Below the pieces are notes generated by a model. That model searched no databases. It saw nothing but the letters and a program-made list of their open reading frames with translations, and was not told the origin of the DNA. DNA of 64,000 nt. Origin: the human T2T-CHM13v2.0 reference genome, Homo sapiens. Position numbers and translations under genes: made by a program. The stretch lies in NCBI RefSeq assembly GCF_009914755.1, contig NC_060944.1; one strand, 5' to 3'. How positions within the stretch are numbered: the first letter of the stretch is position 1; the number at the start of each line of letters is the position of its first letter. Shown here piece by piece: positions 41,552 to 54,580 of this stretch.

Positions 41552-43398
41552 AGTACTGCCATGTAAGGCAAAATGCTAGGCTGTAAGAAGAGGATATTTT
41601 TATTACTATTCCTGTTTTTGATAAGTTCTAAAATAATAGAAGGAGAGGAGCACCAAGCAGTAGCTAAATAATTTGACCAATGAAGATCACCTGCCTCAGC
41701 AATGGAAGAGTTCATGTGCATAAGCCGTTTAATAGCTGCATTTCTTCTGTTTTCCTTCTCAGTGGTAGTCACAGCTCTGAAATTATAGTCACAAGAGGAA
41801 ACATTGCTGCTGGTGCTGCAGCATTGTCAATGTTAACTCATAGATAGTTAACTCAATGTTAACTCATTGTCGATGTTAACTCATAGATTGATGTTCAACT
41901 CAAAGACACATTGTGGGTAAAGCAATATTTTCCCAAACTGAGCAGGCCCCCTTGTGTCACTTTAACTGGGGCAGAATGAATTCAATGGCATTTTGGAAAG
42001 AATGGTCATGATGCTTTCCTTAAATTCCCAGACTTTCCTAAGGTATCATTTTCAGAGAAGAATGTTTGCTTGCCTGAATAAAACACAAAATATTTTACTT
42101 TTAACCTTGAGATCCACCCCTCTTGAAAATCTTTACTCTGCTGGAATAATTCAAGTGGAATACTCAGTGAGTGAACTTGGTAATAGCTGGACTGATGTCC
42201 TCAACCAGGACCTCCAAGGGGTGCTCTGCAAGGAGGATGTGCAGTAAGTCCCTTTGAGAAGAGATAAAGAAAGGTTTTCTTCTGCATTACTAGGATATTC
42301 TGTCTGTTGTCTCCTACCCTAGATTTAAAGTCTAGATGACTAAAATAATGGCTACTCTCAAATCTTGTTATTGATTGAATAAAACAGGGTTTCATTCTAT
42401 ATGAGCCATCCTTAGCCACACTTCCCCTATCCTAGGATTTCCAATTTCTTAACAGCTTGGGGGCATGCCATTGCAAGGAGGCAAGGTGTCCAGTTAAATA
42501 TGTTTTGAAAGAGGTGCAAGAGTAACTCAGATGTTCAGAGATTGTGATTAGCATTTCTTTATTACTTCCCATCTTCCAAATACTTTACAAACACCAAGCC
42601 TGTGTCTGGGGGGCAGGGCGGTTCGGAGAGATGGAGAAATGCCACAGTTGTGTGCATAACTGAAGCCAAAACATACTTCAGCCCCAGTTGTCTGACTATT
42701 CCCGGCAGAGGTACTTGTGGCCTGAACTGCCCAGCCAGTGACCCTAACGCGACACTTCCCTTTCCATGTGTAGACACAACCCAACCCAAGTATCTTGACT
42801 AATCCTGCGGGGAGGGTACAGGGCTCTTCTTATTATCTAATCTGCTTTACATGCAAAGTCCTCGAGTCCTAGAGAGTTTAAGGGGTTTGCTTGGTCTGGG
42901 GCTAAGCCAGAAGCACTCTGTGGTGGTGAATTTCCTACCAGGAAAAACTCAAGAGTCACATCAATCAATCAATCAGACTTAGTCCCTGTTTTTTCAGACA
43001 TCTAGGCAAAATGTTAAAGAGTAGCAAAAACACATTTTCTACTTCTTCTAAAATGTAAGTGTTCATAGTAGGAAGAGTACTCCATTCACAGGGGAAAGGA
43101 AAGAGAGCCTCATTTTTAACCTAATTAAACAGTATACCTCCATTGTGGCTATGAAGTTAGGGCTTGATTTACAAGAAGTACTAAAGCAATTGGGAAGCAA
43201 ATTCTGGGCCCCTTCCAAGATTTGTAATCCTAAATCCTGCACAAGAAATTCTCCATGACAATCTAACTGTCCTCCCTAATGTTGTTGGAGAAGTTTTAGG
43301 GTTGGAGATTAAGGGAAAAAAGCAAGGGAACAAATGCATTCAGCTATCTCCCCTTTGGGATGTCATCGAGAAATCTTATGTTGAGAAAAGATAGCATG

Positions 43399-43665
43399 CT
43401 CTCTCTCCTCTCCTGTCTTCTCTTCTCTTCTCTTCTCTTCTCTTCTCTTCTCTTCTCTTCTCTTCTCTTCTCTTCCCTTCCCTTCTCTCCTCTCCTCTCC
43501 TCTTCTCTTCACTTCGCTTCTCTTCTCTCTTGCTCCTTCTCTTTCTCTCTTCTATTCTTTCTCTTCTCTTCACTCCTCTTCTCTTCTCTCTCGCTCCTTC
43601 TCTTTCTTTCTTCTCTTCCTTCTCTTCTCTTTTCTCTTCTCTTCTCTTTCTCCTTCTCCTTCTTC

Positions 43666-43711
<46 letters not shown>
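43399..43711. repeat. Compound polypyrimidine repeat: (TCTTC)n plus about (CT)21
   Basis: About 310 bp almost free of purines on the + strand. Confidence 0.98.
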
Positions 43712-43715
<4 letters not shown>

Positions 43716-44074
43716 CTAGGTTCAAACAATAATACATTTGGCCTCTGTTGCATTGAGTAATGTCTCAAAATGTCAGGGCAACTCCCTCTACCAGGATGTG
43801 CCAGGAGACGAAAACCATGGCAGAGAGGTGGCTGGAAAGGTGAACAAAGACACTGCCCCCGGCCACATCTTCTGAGCTGTGGAAAGGCGAGCAAAAACAT
43901 GCTGCAGAGCAGCCAGCTTTCCCCGGTCACTGCATGTTTTAAAGAGGTGACAGACGAGGTCTCTATCTCCACCCTCCCCTTGGCTTCTTCGAACATTCAG
44001 AGGCGGTCTCTGAACCAGTGAGTTTGTTCCTGAGCCCCATTCCTATTTAAACAGATTTATAAAAATCCATTCGC

Positions 44075-44250
44075 AGCTGGGCTTGGTGGAACGTGCCTGT
44101 AATCTCAGCTACTTGGGAGGCTGAGGTGGGAGGATTACTTGAGCCCAGGAGTCTGAGGTTGTAGTGAGCTCAGTTGTGCCACTGCACTCCAGCCTGGGCA
44201 ACAGAGCAAGACCCTGTCTCTAAAAAATGACACATAAATAAAAGTAAAAA
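44075..44250 (+). mobile_element. Free right Alu monomer (FRAM-like)
   Basis: Single right arm with J-type features. Candidate TSD ataaaaatccattc / ataataatcccttc. Confidence 0.85.
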
Positions 44251-44769
44251 TAATAATCCCTTCCCTAAGGTTAGCTCTCCAAGAAGATATGTATCTGCTA
44301 GTGTGTTTCAGCCTCAGTGCTCTTGACCTTGGGCGCTCAGAGTCATGAGTGTTTTTATACCAGATGTAACCCTTTGGCTGGGTCAGAGGCACTGTGGTGG
44401 GGGGCAAAGAGGGCGTGTGGAGACAGTGTGCTGAAATATACACTCCCAAACCCCAAAACATGCCCAAGAAAAACAAGAACATTAACCACTGACCCAAAGC
44501 CTGGTGAAATTCTATCTCCTTGTCTCTCTCCACCAGTAAACATGAAAATGCTATCCCTGAAGGCTGGAGTAAATCTTCTGTGAGAGGAGAGAGGGAGAAA
44601 AAGAAAGGCTGGTTTGGAAAAGGAGTCCAGCAACTTCTCAATCACTAGAGAAATTTCCCCATAGTGATAAAGAAATGGTGACATTTTTCACAGCTGGGAA
44701 AAACAGTGGGCTTGCACTTTTCAGTATAAAACCATTAGATTTCAGAATGCCTTTTCGTGACTTTTTCTT

Positions 44770-45230
44770 TGGCTATTCCTGTCTCTTCATCCTCATCACC
44801 TATGGTTCTTCCCTCCTTCTCTCTACAACAGCTTCGCTGGCCATTCTGTTTCTCAAACCAGCCAAGCTCATTCCCATCCTGGACTTGAGTGCTTCCTTTG
44901 CTGTTCCTTTTGCTAAAATGTCCTTCCCCCAGATTATGGCAGGGTGCCACCTTCTCTTGTTAAGATCTTGCCTCAAGTGTCACCTTCTCTGAGGGGTTCT
45001 CCCTGACCACCTATCTAAGGTTTTCCCCAGCCACTCTCCATCATCTTCTTTCTTTTCTTCTTGGCAGTCACCGTTCTTTGATCTGATCTTATTTATTTAT
45101 CTATGGATTTATTGTTTATTTCCCTCACCTTGTTGTACATTTCAAAATAATAGGTCTCATGTCTATCCTGTTTATTGCTGTATCTCCTGTGCCTAGAATG
45201 GTTGGCATTTGATGATTGGATGGATGGGTG
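44770..45230 (+). mobile_element. L2 3' region
   Basis: aagtgtcaccttctctgaggggttctccctgaccacctatctaa...gctgtatctcctgtgcctagaa. Confidence 0.8.
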
Positions 45231-45345
45231 TGTGGGTGGAAGGATGGATGGATGGATGGATGGATGGATGGATAGATGGATATGTGAATGGAGTATGGAT
45301 GGGTTGATAGACAAATGGACAGACAAATGGATGAATGTATGTAAT
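45212..45345. repeat. (GGAT)n repeat grown from the L2 tail
   Basis: (GGAT)8 core at 45242-45273 with degenerate flanks. Confidence 0.9.
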
Positions 45346-45810
45346 GAATAATATGGCCCAAGAACTATATCCAGCTTGGTCAGATCTTTTGCTCCATAGC
45401 CTACACAAAAGAAACCAACTCTGGACACTAGAGCTATAACTAAAGCCAAGGTGGTTAATCAGTTGAAGCTGTGAGAAGAGAAACATAATTTGGTTCCAGC
45501 TCTAAATGAACACCTGTTCTTCCTCAAAATAGTGTTTTCATTTTTAAAGTACTTTGAAGCTTAATAAATAGCCCATAACTCATTAACACTCAGAAAATTC
45601 CCAAGTAGCAGGCTAGAAGTTTTCTGATGATCTGGCTTTTAAGACATGAAGAAACTAAACCATGGGTTTGCAAAACAAGTTTGGAATGCCCTACTGGCTT
45701 AATTTCAGCCACTGGAATTGTCCTTGCTCCTGAATATAATGGACTGTTAAGGGTGACATTTTTTAATCATGTGTCTCCTTAACAGGTGTTTGCTTGTTTG
45801 TTTGTTTTAG

Positions 45811-46050
45811 AATAACCTCAACGTGGGAAGTGACACCACATCAGAAACCAGCTTTTCTCTCTCCAAAGAAGCACCAAGGGAGCATCTGGACCACCAGGCT
45901 GCACACCAACCCTTCCCCAGACCGCGATTCCGACAAGAGACGGGGCACCCTTCATTGCAAAGAGATTTCCCCAGATCCTTTCTCCTTGATCTACCAAACT
46001 TTCCAGATCTTTCCAAAGCTGATATCAATGGGCAGAATCCAAATATCCAG
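45811..46050 (+). CDS. ISM1: Isthmin-1 coding exon 2 (240 nt, phase 0-0): [25 protein letters not shown]...[22 protein letters not shown]
   Basis: Acceptor tttgttttag|AAT, donor CAG|gtaatt, 80 open codons matching the ISM1 N-terminal region including the conserved [19 protein letters not shown] block. Confidence 0.97.
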
Positions 46051-46201
46051 GTAATTCTTGGCACCTGGAAGATGGGAGATAACAAAACAGTCCATCTTTT
46101 GTTTTCTGATGATTCCAGTGGAAACTGCTGCCTTACCTCACTTTTCTTCTTAACCCCTTAATGATTCCTGCTTAAGATCATGTTATCTCCATAAGAACAG
46201 T

Positions 46202-46410
46202 GCTGCATTTCATTAAGTGACACCCTTGATTGTGAGATGCACAATTATTTTGTGAACCACTCAAAAGAAGAAAACACTACCAATTAAAGTATGACACACC
46301 AAGGATTACAAGATACATACTAATTTAAGAGACAGTGAAATATAAAAGCAAAACAAAACAAAATAGTCTGAAATATAAAAACAAAACAAAACAAAATTGA
46401 TGAAATGTGG
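46202..46410. mobile_element. TcMar-Tc2-type MITE (MER104/Kanga-like)
   Basis: Ends ctgcatttcatt ... ttgatgaaatgtgg form a decayed TIR pair. Internal gattgtgagatgcac. Confidence 0.55.
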
Positions 46411-46739
46411 CCGTTATAGGAAAAGGCCAATCTGACCTGTGAATAGATTGGGCAAATGTTTTCAAATATGAGTTCAAAGCACTCAGGAAAGCTGTTTCTC
46501 TTAATGCCCCTCTAAACTTGCCTTGGACACCAGAAATTCCTTCACAAAGAGACAAGCTTCCGTTACTCTAAAGTATACATGACTTACAAAACAATAAGAG
46601 GAAGGAAGTTGAGAACAGGAGTTCCTAGGGGAGAGATGACTATCTTCCACTAAGTTGGGATCTGATGAAGCAGTGGGAAATGGGAGGTTAGGGAAAGGGT
46701 GACTGGGGTTAAAAATAATAACTCTCACCTACACTGAAA

Positions 46740-46945
46740 TAGCTCAGTATACTTTACAAAGCAAATGTTGATCGGATTTGACCCTCCCAACACCCTCATG
46801 AAGGAGACAAAGCCCGTGTCATTTTTCTAATACTATTGGTAATGCACCAGATACTCAGGAAGTTACTGTTTGGTTTACCCAAAGTCACATGGCAGTAAAT
46901 AGTAGTTATAGGGCTCAAATCCAGGCTCTCAGACTCCCAACCCAC
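46740..46945 (-). mobile_element. MIR
   Basis: cccaaagtcacatggcagtaaatagtag...ctcaaatccaggctctcagactcc. Confidence 0.6.
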
Positions 46946-47092
46946 ATTCAGAGGCAAACTCCTAATTTTGAATGTTGTTTGTACCTTTCTCTGTTTCCTC
47001 CCAAAGATGGTCCCCATGATGGTTGAGAGAGGCTCATCCCCCGGGCAACCCAGCCCCTATCCAACTCTCGTCCTCATATGCCTGCTTCCATA

Positions 47093-47494
<402 letters not shown>

Positions 47495-48520
47495 TGAACT
47501 TGGACTCAGACCAATTGATCCTTCATTAACTGCCTCTCTCTCCACAGACTAACACCCTCTGCATGATACGGTTTTAGATCAGGTTTCGTTGACCTGAGTT
47601 GTTTTGCTCTTAACACCAGCATCATGGGAGCACGCAAATCTCACTGAGAACACTTGGAATACCAACCCCCGCTGTATATAAAATGCTGCATTAGGTTATA
47701 GGAAATTGAAAAATGTAAGACCTGTTCCCTCCAATAAATTAGATCTGTGTGAAGATCCCAGCTACCACATAAAACAGTGCTGGAGGGATCATGAAGACAG
47801 AGGAGGAAAAGCACTGTGTCCCAAGGGGGTGGATCTCAATAGGTGGAAAGAAGTCGGACAGGCTCTATTGATGGCACAGAGTGACAAATATTTTGGAGGT
47901 CACTCTTTGACAACCCATGCACAGAAATCACTACAAGCCCCAGTTAAAATTTCTGGTGAGTCTTGTATTGTTTTAATTGATAAATTGGAAAAACAGGCCT
48001 TTGGCTCCAATGGCCCCTCTCCAGGGACTGGCCACGTGGTGTGATAAAGAGCAATGGAACCCTTTGGAATAGGTGCAGATTGGCAAGGAAGGCACTGACT
48101 TCATACCGTTGCTCAACCTTGTTTCCTATCATGGCTCATCCATGTGTTTATAGATGTTCTGGTTCCAGAATCAGGCAGTTCTCATCCCAAGGGTGTTTAG
48201 GCCATGCCCAAAACAATCTGAAGCCTGCTGTGGCTAGCGCTTTTTCCCAGAGGTGGGAAAGTCACTTGGGGCATAATGCTGAGGACTGAGCTATAATATC
48301 AGTGTAATTGATTTAAGAATTACTAACGCAAAGTCATAGGAAAATGCCTGGATGCGGGAGAACGGAAGGCTGCCGGGGACTGTTCCTTCATTGGAAAGTT
48401 ATTGGCTGCTTTGTGCTTGAACCCAATTTCAGACAGAACTTCTTGGGATCCCCTTTCTGTCTTCTAGATAAATCCATCTGTCTGAAAATTCCCATTCCCT
48501 ACCTAGACCTCACTTGGGTC

Positions 48521-48872
<352 letters not shown>

Positions 48873-49395
48873 TGTCTTTTAAAAATATTACTTAAATATT
48901 AGGGAAAAGCTATAGCGTAAAGGCTGAAAGGCAGTTGGGACTCCCAGAGCTGGGAACCCCAGTTACCCTTTGTACAGCAAAGATCACCGTAACTCCCAAG
49001 AATAAAGGTTTACCATAGCTCCAGATGTGAATGTTATTGGCCAAATGGATTAAAAATTAATGCGGCTCCAGCCTAGCTACTGTCAAAGTCAACAAATCAA
49101 AAAGAGTAAGCCAACAATACATTTTTGCCTACTGCCCAGTCAAGTTATTCTATTTCTGCTCTATACAATCCCTATCTGTTAATTTTATGTGAGCAATACA
49201 GAGGGGTGGAGGGTGGCCAGCATTTTATTGATCTGATGACGTTTTGGCCCTGAAGAAAATAAAATTGTGGTGCGTTTCTGGCCTTCTGTTTGTGGAAGAC
49301 CACAAAATGTTAGTATTGGTCACTCAGAAAGATGTTCAAAGAAAGAATAAAACAACTGCTACCCCTGGGAGCCCCCGCCTTCTGTTGGCGTGTAA

Positions 49396-49396
<1 letters not shown>

Positions 49397-49428
<32 letters not shown>

Positions 49429-49465
49429 CATGTGCATGCACACAAACACACCCACACACCACACA
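49397..49465. repeat. (TG)12 followed by an alternating purine-pyrimidine tract and a degenerate (CA)n
   Basis: Directly visible in the sequence. Confidence 0.92.
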
Positions 49466-49619
49466 GCACTAGCTGCTGCAGCCCCATGCACCACTGCACT
49501 TGTGTAAACCAGTTCCCTGGTGGTCCTTTAAAACATGAGGTGCTTTCTACAAGGAGGTGATGGTTTCCGTGTTGGCAGCCCTCACCCCTTCCTCAGAGCA
49601 CTGTTCTTTTGTTGAAATC

Positions 49620-50090
49620 CACTGGTTTGACACAGGGCCGATTCAGCCCAGCAGACAGCCCTGCTGGTCCCTGACGGTCCCTGCCGGCCCCGTCAAAGCA
49701 TTCCCTCTCCCTGGGTAGCAGAGTGAAGTCAGGTGAGGGGCCCTTCAGTAGGTCAGCTTCCGCTGCCAGGGCTCCTGGCCTCATCTGCCCCTTCCCCTGG
49801 CAACCTGCCTTTGCCCCCATCTGGTTCTCCCTAGCTGGAGCCTGGGAGCTGAATGGGAACTTGATACCCGCCTTCCCCTCCGCACCTCCCCACCCCTTCA
49901 GGCTCTGGAAGTGTTTCCCACGCTCCAGGGCTAAGGAAACAGCCTGCACCTTTCCAAAGTGACATCGCTAAGCCCATGCAAGAGTCCACGTCCCGCCCCC
50001 TCTCCACTCCCCGCCCCCCCCGCGCCCGGCCCCCGGGCCTCTTGACTTTCAGGATAGGAAATCCTTCTAAAAGCCCCAACACCTGCTTCT
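49620..50090. promoter_or_regulatory. GC-rich intronic element with GC boxes (candidate enhancer or internal promoter)
   Basis: Non-repeat sequence, locally CpG-enriched, with CCCGCCCC boxes at about 49992 and 50010. Confidence 0.5.
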
Positions 50091-50859
50091 GCAGAGCATT
50101 TTAACTCCCAGAAGTCAGGCAGCCTCGGTCCCAAGTGAATCAGACAATTCTATTTTAAGACTGGCTTCAAGCTGTGGAAGTGAGGAGGGGAAGAAAATGC
50201 GCAAAATAGAACAAAAATGGTCTCAGACTACTAAACGGAGTCTCCATATGAAATTTAAAACAATATAAGAGGTTGGGTTTTATCGAAAACAAAAATCATT
50301 CAGGAAAGAAAGTAAATCCCCCAGAACAAGTTAGACTTTGGTATCCTTGGCTGGGTTTTCAGTCTGCAGCTGATCGTCAGATATCAGAGACAAAAATCTC
50401 TGAAATAAATGCACTGTTAGGCTTACTACATTGGTTCATTACTACACTAGCTATTCACAACCAAAATATTCTCTTTTCTGGATCAAGTTGAGATTAGTAT
50501 TCATTTCAACCCATATATTTATTTCTTTTCTCCCATTAAGACGGACTTAAAAATAGTCATGTAAAGGCCTTTTTTTCCTTGCACAGACATATTAACATGG
50601 CCACAGGCCTCTTGAGCGCCACAAGATACAATCAGATGAGTTGGCCAGGGTTACAGTTGTACGTGCTTCTACTTTTGATTTTGCCTCCTCCTTTTTCTCT
50701 AAAATACTTTTAGAGGAATGGCAGGTCTGGCTGGATAAGAATCAAGAAATTTCTCTGCCCAAGACATGGACCCATGCCCCTATAGAGACAAGCCTGTTCG
50801 GCTCAGATTCTCATGGGGTACTGCTGCCAATATATGGAGGCAGATTGGCTTGTGTTTGG

Positions 50860-51100
50860 GATCAGGCACCACCATTTAGTCAGCCAGACTTGACCTCCGT
50901 AGCCCCATGCGGGTTACTGGATGTCTTTGTGCCTCAGTTTCCTTGTCTATAAAATTGGAATGACAATACTACATATGAGCAGCTATGTAGTATAATACTA
51001 TATATAAGTGTGATTATCTGTGAGGATTCAATGAGATCATCCATATGAAGTGCTTAGCACAGGGCCCAGTATAGGATAAGCTTCCTAGAACGGATAGATG
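50860..51100 (+). mobile_element. MIR
   Basis: ctttgtgcctcagtttccttgtctataaaattggaat...gtgaggattcaatgagatc. Confidence 0.8.
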
Positions 51101-53879
51101 CTCGTTGGTGATGATATTGGAGATGAAGATGACAAAGGAAATGTACAAAAAATTAATTGGGAATCAGAAGAACTGGTTCAGAGACCAACACTACATCTTC
51201 CTTGCTGTTTACCTCGGGACCTTGAATTCTCCAAGCCAGTTTCCGTCCCTGAAAATTGAGTCTAAGTTGTGTAGAAGGGACAGTAATGCCTAGATTGGCG
51301 TGCTGCAAGTCTCAAAGCAGTAACTACAGTTAGCTGGGGTTGCCACCCTTGTTCTTAGAGCATCAGCAGGTGTGAGAAGAGGGAATTAGATATCTTCCTA
51401 GTCCATTTTGTGTTCTTTCCATGGCAGTTATCGAGGAAGAAGGGGTAGAATAATCTGGATTTAAAACCCTTGTTGGAGACATGTCCTTCAATGCTCTGTG
51501 CTCCTGAGGAAATTCTTTTCCTCTCTGGAAAATACCTGCCCACTCCCACCAGTTTCCACAGCTCACAAGGCTTAGAGGACCAACAAGCAAGAAGGCTTTC
51601 CTGAGTTTGAAGAGCATGGCCTCTGTATTCTCAGTGGCGTTGGTTTATTATCACTTAGACTGAGAATGGTGTGGGTTTCCCTATGGGAAGTGCATTTCCG
51701 AGCAAGAATCAAGAGTTTGCTTCTAGTCAATGTATTAATTTTCAAGAGAAGGAAAGCTGATCAAGGTGCATTGGAACTTTTCCTCGTTTCCTAAGACAGA
51801 ATTATCGAAATGGGCACTTCTTTTGGACTCTCTTTCTTGGAGCTGGGGAGATTGTGCCAGAAATTGAACTTGAGGCTTTTGAAAGAGTTCCCTTTCTTTT
51901 ATCATCATGACTTGAGTGTGAAAAAGTCCAGAAGAAAAAAATATACTAAGACACTTCAATTATGTGTGTTAAGGATGAGAAAGGACGGTAAGATCTAGAG
52001 ACTTTGTCAGTTTGGAAATCTGTGCTCACTCCACACCTACAGTTCATCACATTGATCATTGTTCAAGACATCTTTATCAACGGATTCTTTGATGCTAAAA
52101 AGCATGTAAATAGAATGAGAGCAATAGGAAACATAAAACGAGCCCTCGCCATTGGAGAAGTCATTGATCACACTCATTAAGTCTTTTTAATTGGATGCCT
52201 ATGAAACCTCAGGCTCAAGATTAGATTTCTTCTTTTGATATCAGCATGAGGTTTTCACTTTGTTAACTGTAGGGAAGGGTGCGGTGGATCCTAAGATTTG
52301 TTGTTTTGTGTTTTGTTTTTGTTTTAGTTCAGTTGAGGCAGTGGCTAGCAATTAAGGGGAAAAATAAACCTCTAAGTGTTGAGATTTAGTCATCGATATA
52401 GCTTTTGGAGTAAATTTGTATTTTGCTACTCATTGCCTGGCCAGGCAACAAGTCTATTTTGTTTGGATCTGAGCAGCAGTTTGGAGAAAAAAAAAATCAT
52501 ATTGACGGTAATAGCTTGAAACATGAAATTGTTTTTATTCCCAGCTTGGAGAAATTGCAGGGCACGTTTTGTTTAAGCAATCCCTTTGACTCCAGTCTGA
52601 ATACAAATGGAATACCAAAAGTGTTGGGCACATTCCCTCTTATCTCCTACCCAGAGACTGATTTCATTACCATAATTGTGGGCTTGCCTGGCTCTTGGCA
52701 GCCTCTCCCCTCCAAGACCCTTAATAGCCTTGCAGACGATTGTTGCAGCTCAGTTCCCTCTACAGGCAGAGGGAGATGGGGCTGCAGAGAAGAAAGGTTA
52801 TGTCTCCAAAGGCTCAGCATCGCCCTGTCACTGCCCAGCTTGGCTCGGCTCTACCCAGCTGTGTGCTCCTTCTCCACTTGTCTTTCTGAGCTTCTGTGTG
52901 GGTCCCTGTTACCATTACTCTCCCACGACCATTCATTCCAGCAAATAGCAATGATACAAGATGTATGATGTATTCCTTTTCTTTTCTTCCCCCCTACCCT
53001 TTTTTTTTTTTTTACTTTTGGGATTACTGAAAAGCTCCACAATTATTTACAAATATGCAAAGGGTGCCTACAAGACTGGAGTAAGGGTGGTGGCATGGGG
53101 TAAAGCTAGTAGTGCCCTTCTAGGTGTCCCGTGACAGAGGAGAAGGGTGCACTTGGCCTGCTGCAGCCTGAGTAGACTCTGGGGTTGAAAGTCACCCTCT
53201 TGACCATGTGTCCAGACTCCACAAAACCACAGCCCGGGCCCATTGGCTGGGCAACATCATTTGAAGTGAGCAGAATAATTCAAACCTCCCCATTCGTAAC
53301 ACAAAAGGAAGGGGCTATTTGTCTCAGGGATGGGCACGCCCTGGTGCAATTTGGCAGAGCATCTCAGCAACTCTATCAGATGTCAGGTTAGGGCAAAAGT
53401 GGAAATGCGTCTGCCCAGTACATCTTGGGTTGATTACTTGGAGTGCATGTTTCTGATTCATTTGCACATAACTCATCCAGGGGGTGTTGCAAGAGCTATG
53501 CGATGGCCAAAGGAACCCAATGCGTCTTTTATTATGTTTTTTAAACAAGTCTCTCTACGTTGATTGTCTCTTGGAACCAAGAAGCTTCATTCTTCCAGCC
53601 CCGTGACAGACTTCAAAATGAGACTTTCATAAATCTGAGAACAAGTTCTAGCTTTGGCTCCAGGACTATCTGCTCTGACCCTAAGGGTTAGTTGAGGAGT
53701 GTGAAGGCTAGGATGAGCCATGGGGTGAGTGAAAATTGTAGCTGGGAAAGCCTGGTCTTGAGGAGCTTGTACTTATGTCTCTATACACCCTGAAGCAACC
53801 AGCCCCCACCTGCACCTGTGGTCTTTTTGTTTCTTTGGTCTCATGAGGAGACAGTAGCTCTGTCACTTACTTTTTGAGA

Positions 53880-54580
53880 GACAGTGTGGCAAAGTTAGGG
53901 ACAGCATGGGCTCTAGAACCAGACTCCCCATGTCTGCCACTTACTAGCCCTGTGACTTTAGGCAAGTTGTTGATGTCTCTGTGCACCAGTTTTCCTTGGT
54001 GGTAAAAGTTATCTGGCAATCATCTCAAAACTTAATAGTTTGAGACAATGACCACGGGATTGCTGTGGGTCAGGAATTTGACTGGGACTCAGCTGGGAGA
54101 GCTTGTCTCTGCTCCATGTGATGTTGGCTAGAGTGACCCAATTGAGGCTGGAAGATCCACGATGGCCCTACTCACATGACTGAGGCCTCAGAGCTAGACG
54201 TGGGCTGAGGGACCTTGGTTCTCCTCCATGCAGCCTCTCTCTTTACATGGTCTCTACACATGTAGTGGTCTAGGCTAAGCTTCCTTACATAGCGGTTAGA
54301 ACATTCCAAGAGAATGAAAATGAAAGCTGTAAGGCCTCTGTTAATACCTGTCACCATTCCACTCCTACCCATTCTGCTGGACAGAGTGAATCACATGGCT
54401 AATGCAGATCTCCAGGGAGGAGAAATGGGCTCCACCTCTCTCAATGGGAGATGTGGCACACAAAAACACAGATGGGAGGTCTTTACAAGAGTTAAATAAT
54501 ACAGGTGGAGCATTTAGGATAGTGCCTGGTACAGAGTTTGTGTTAATAAATGTTATGTTTTATTATAATATGATTATTCT
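53880..54580. mobile_element. MIR (+) interrupted by an MLT1 LTR (-, about 54005-54478)
   Basis: MIR head (ctgccacttactagccctgtgactttaggcaag) and tail (atagtgcctggtacagag...aataaatgtt) surround MLT1 sequence (gtgggtcaggaatttgactgggactcagctggg). Confidence 0.75.

Noticed and set aside
43360-43996. 206-aa RE-rich and 119-aa LFSS-rich ORFs
   Set aside because: Produced by the stop-free CT/GA simple repeat.
46051-46161. Extension of track ORF 45823..46161 past the exon 2 donor, and of 55002..55271 past exon 3
   Set aside because: Read-through into introns beyond canonical GT donors. The spliced frame matches ISM1.
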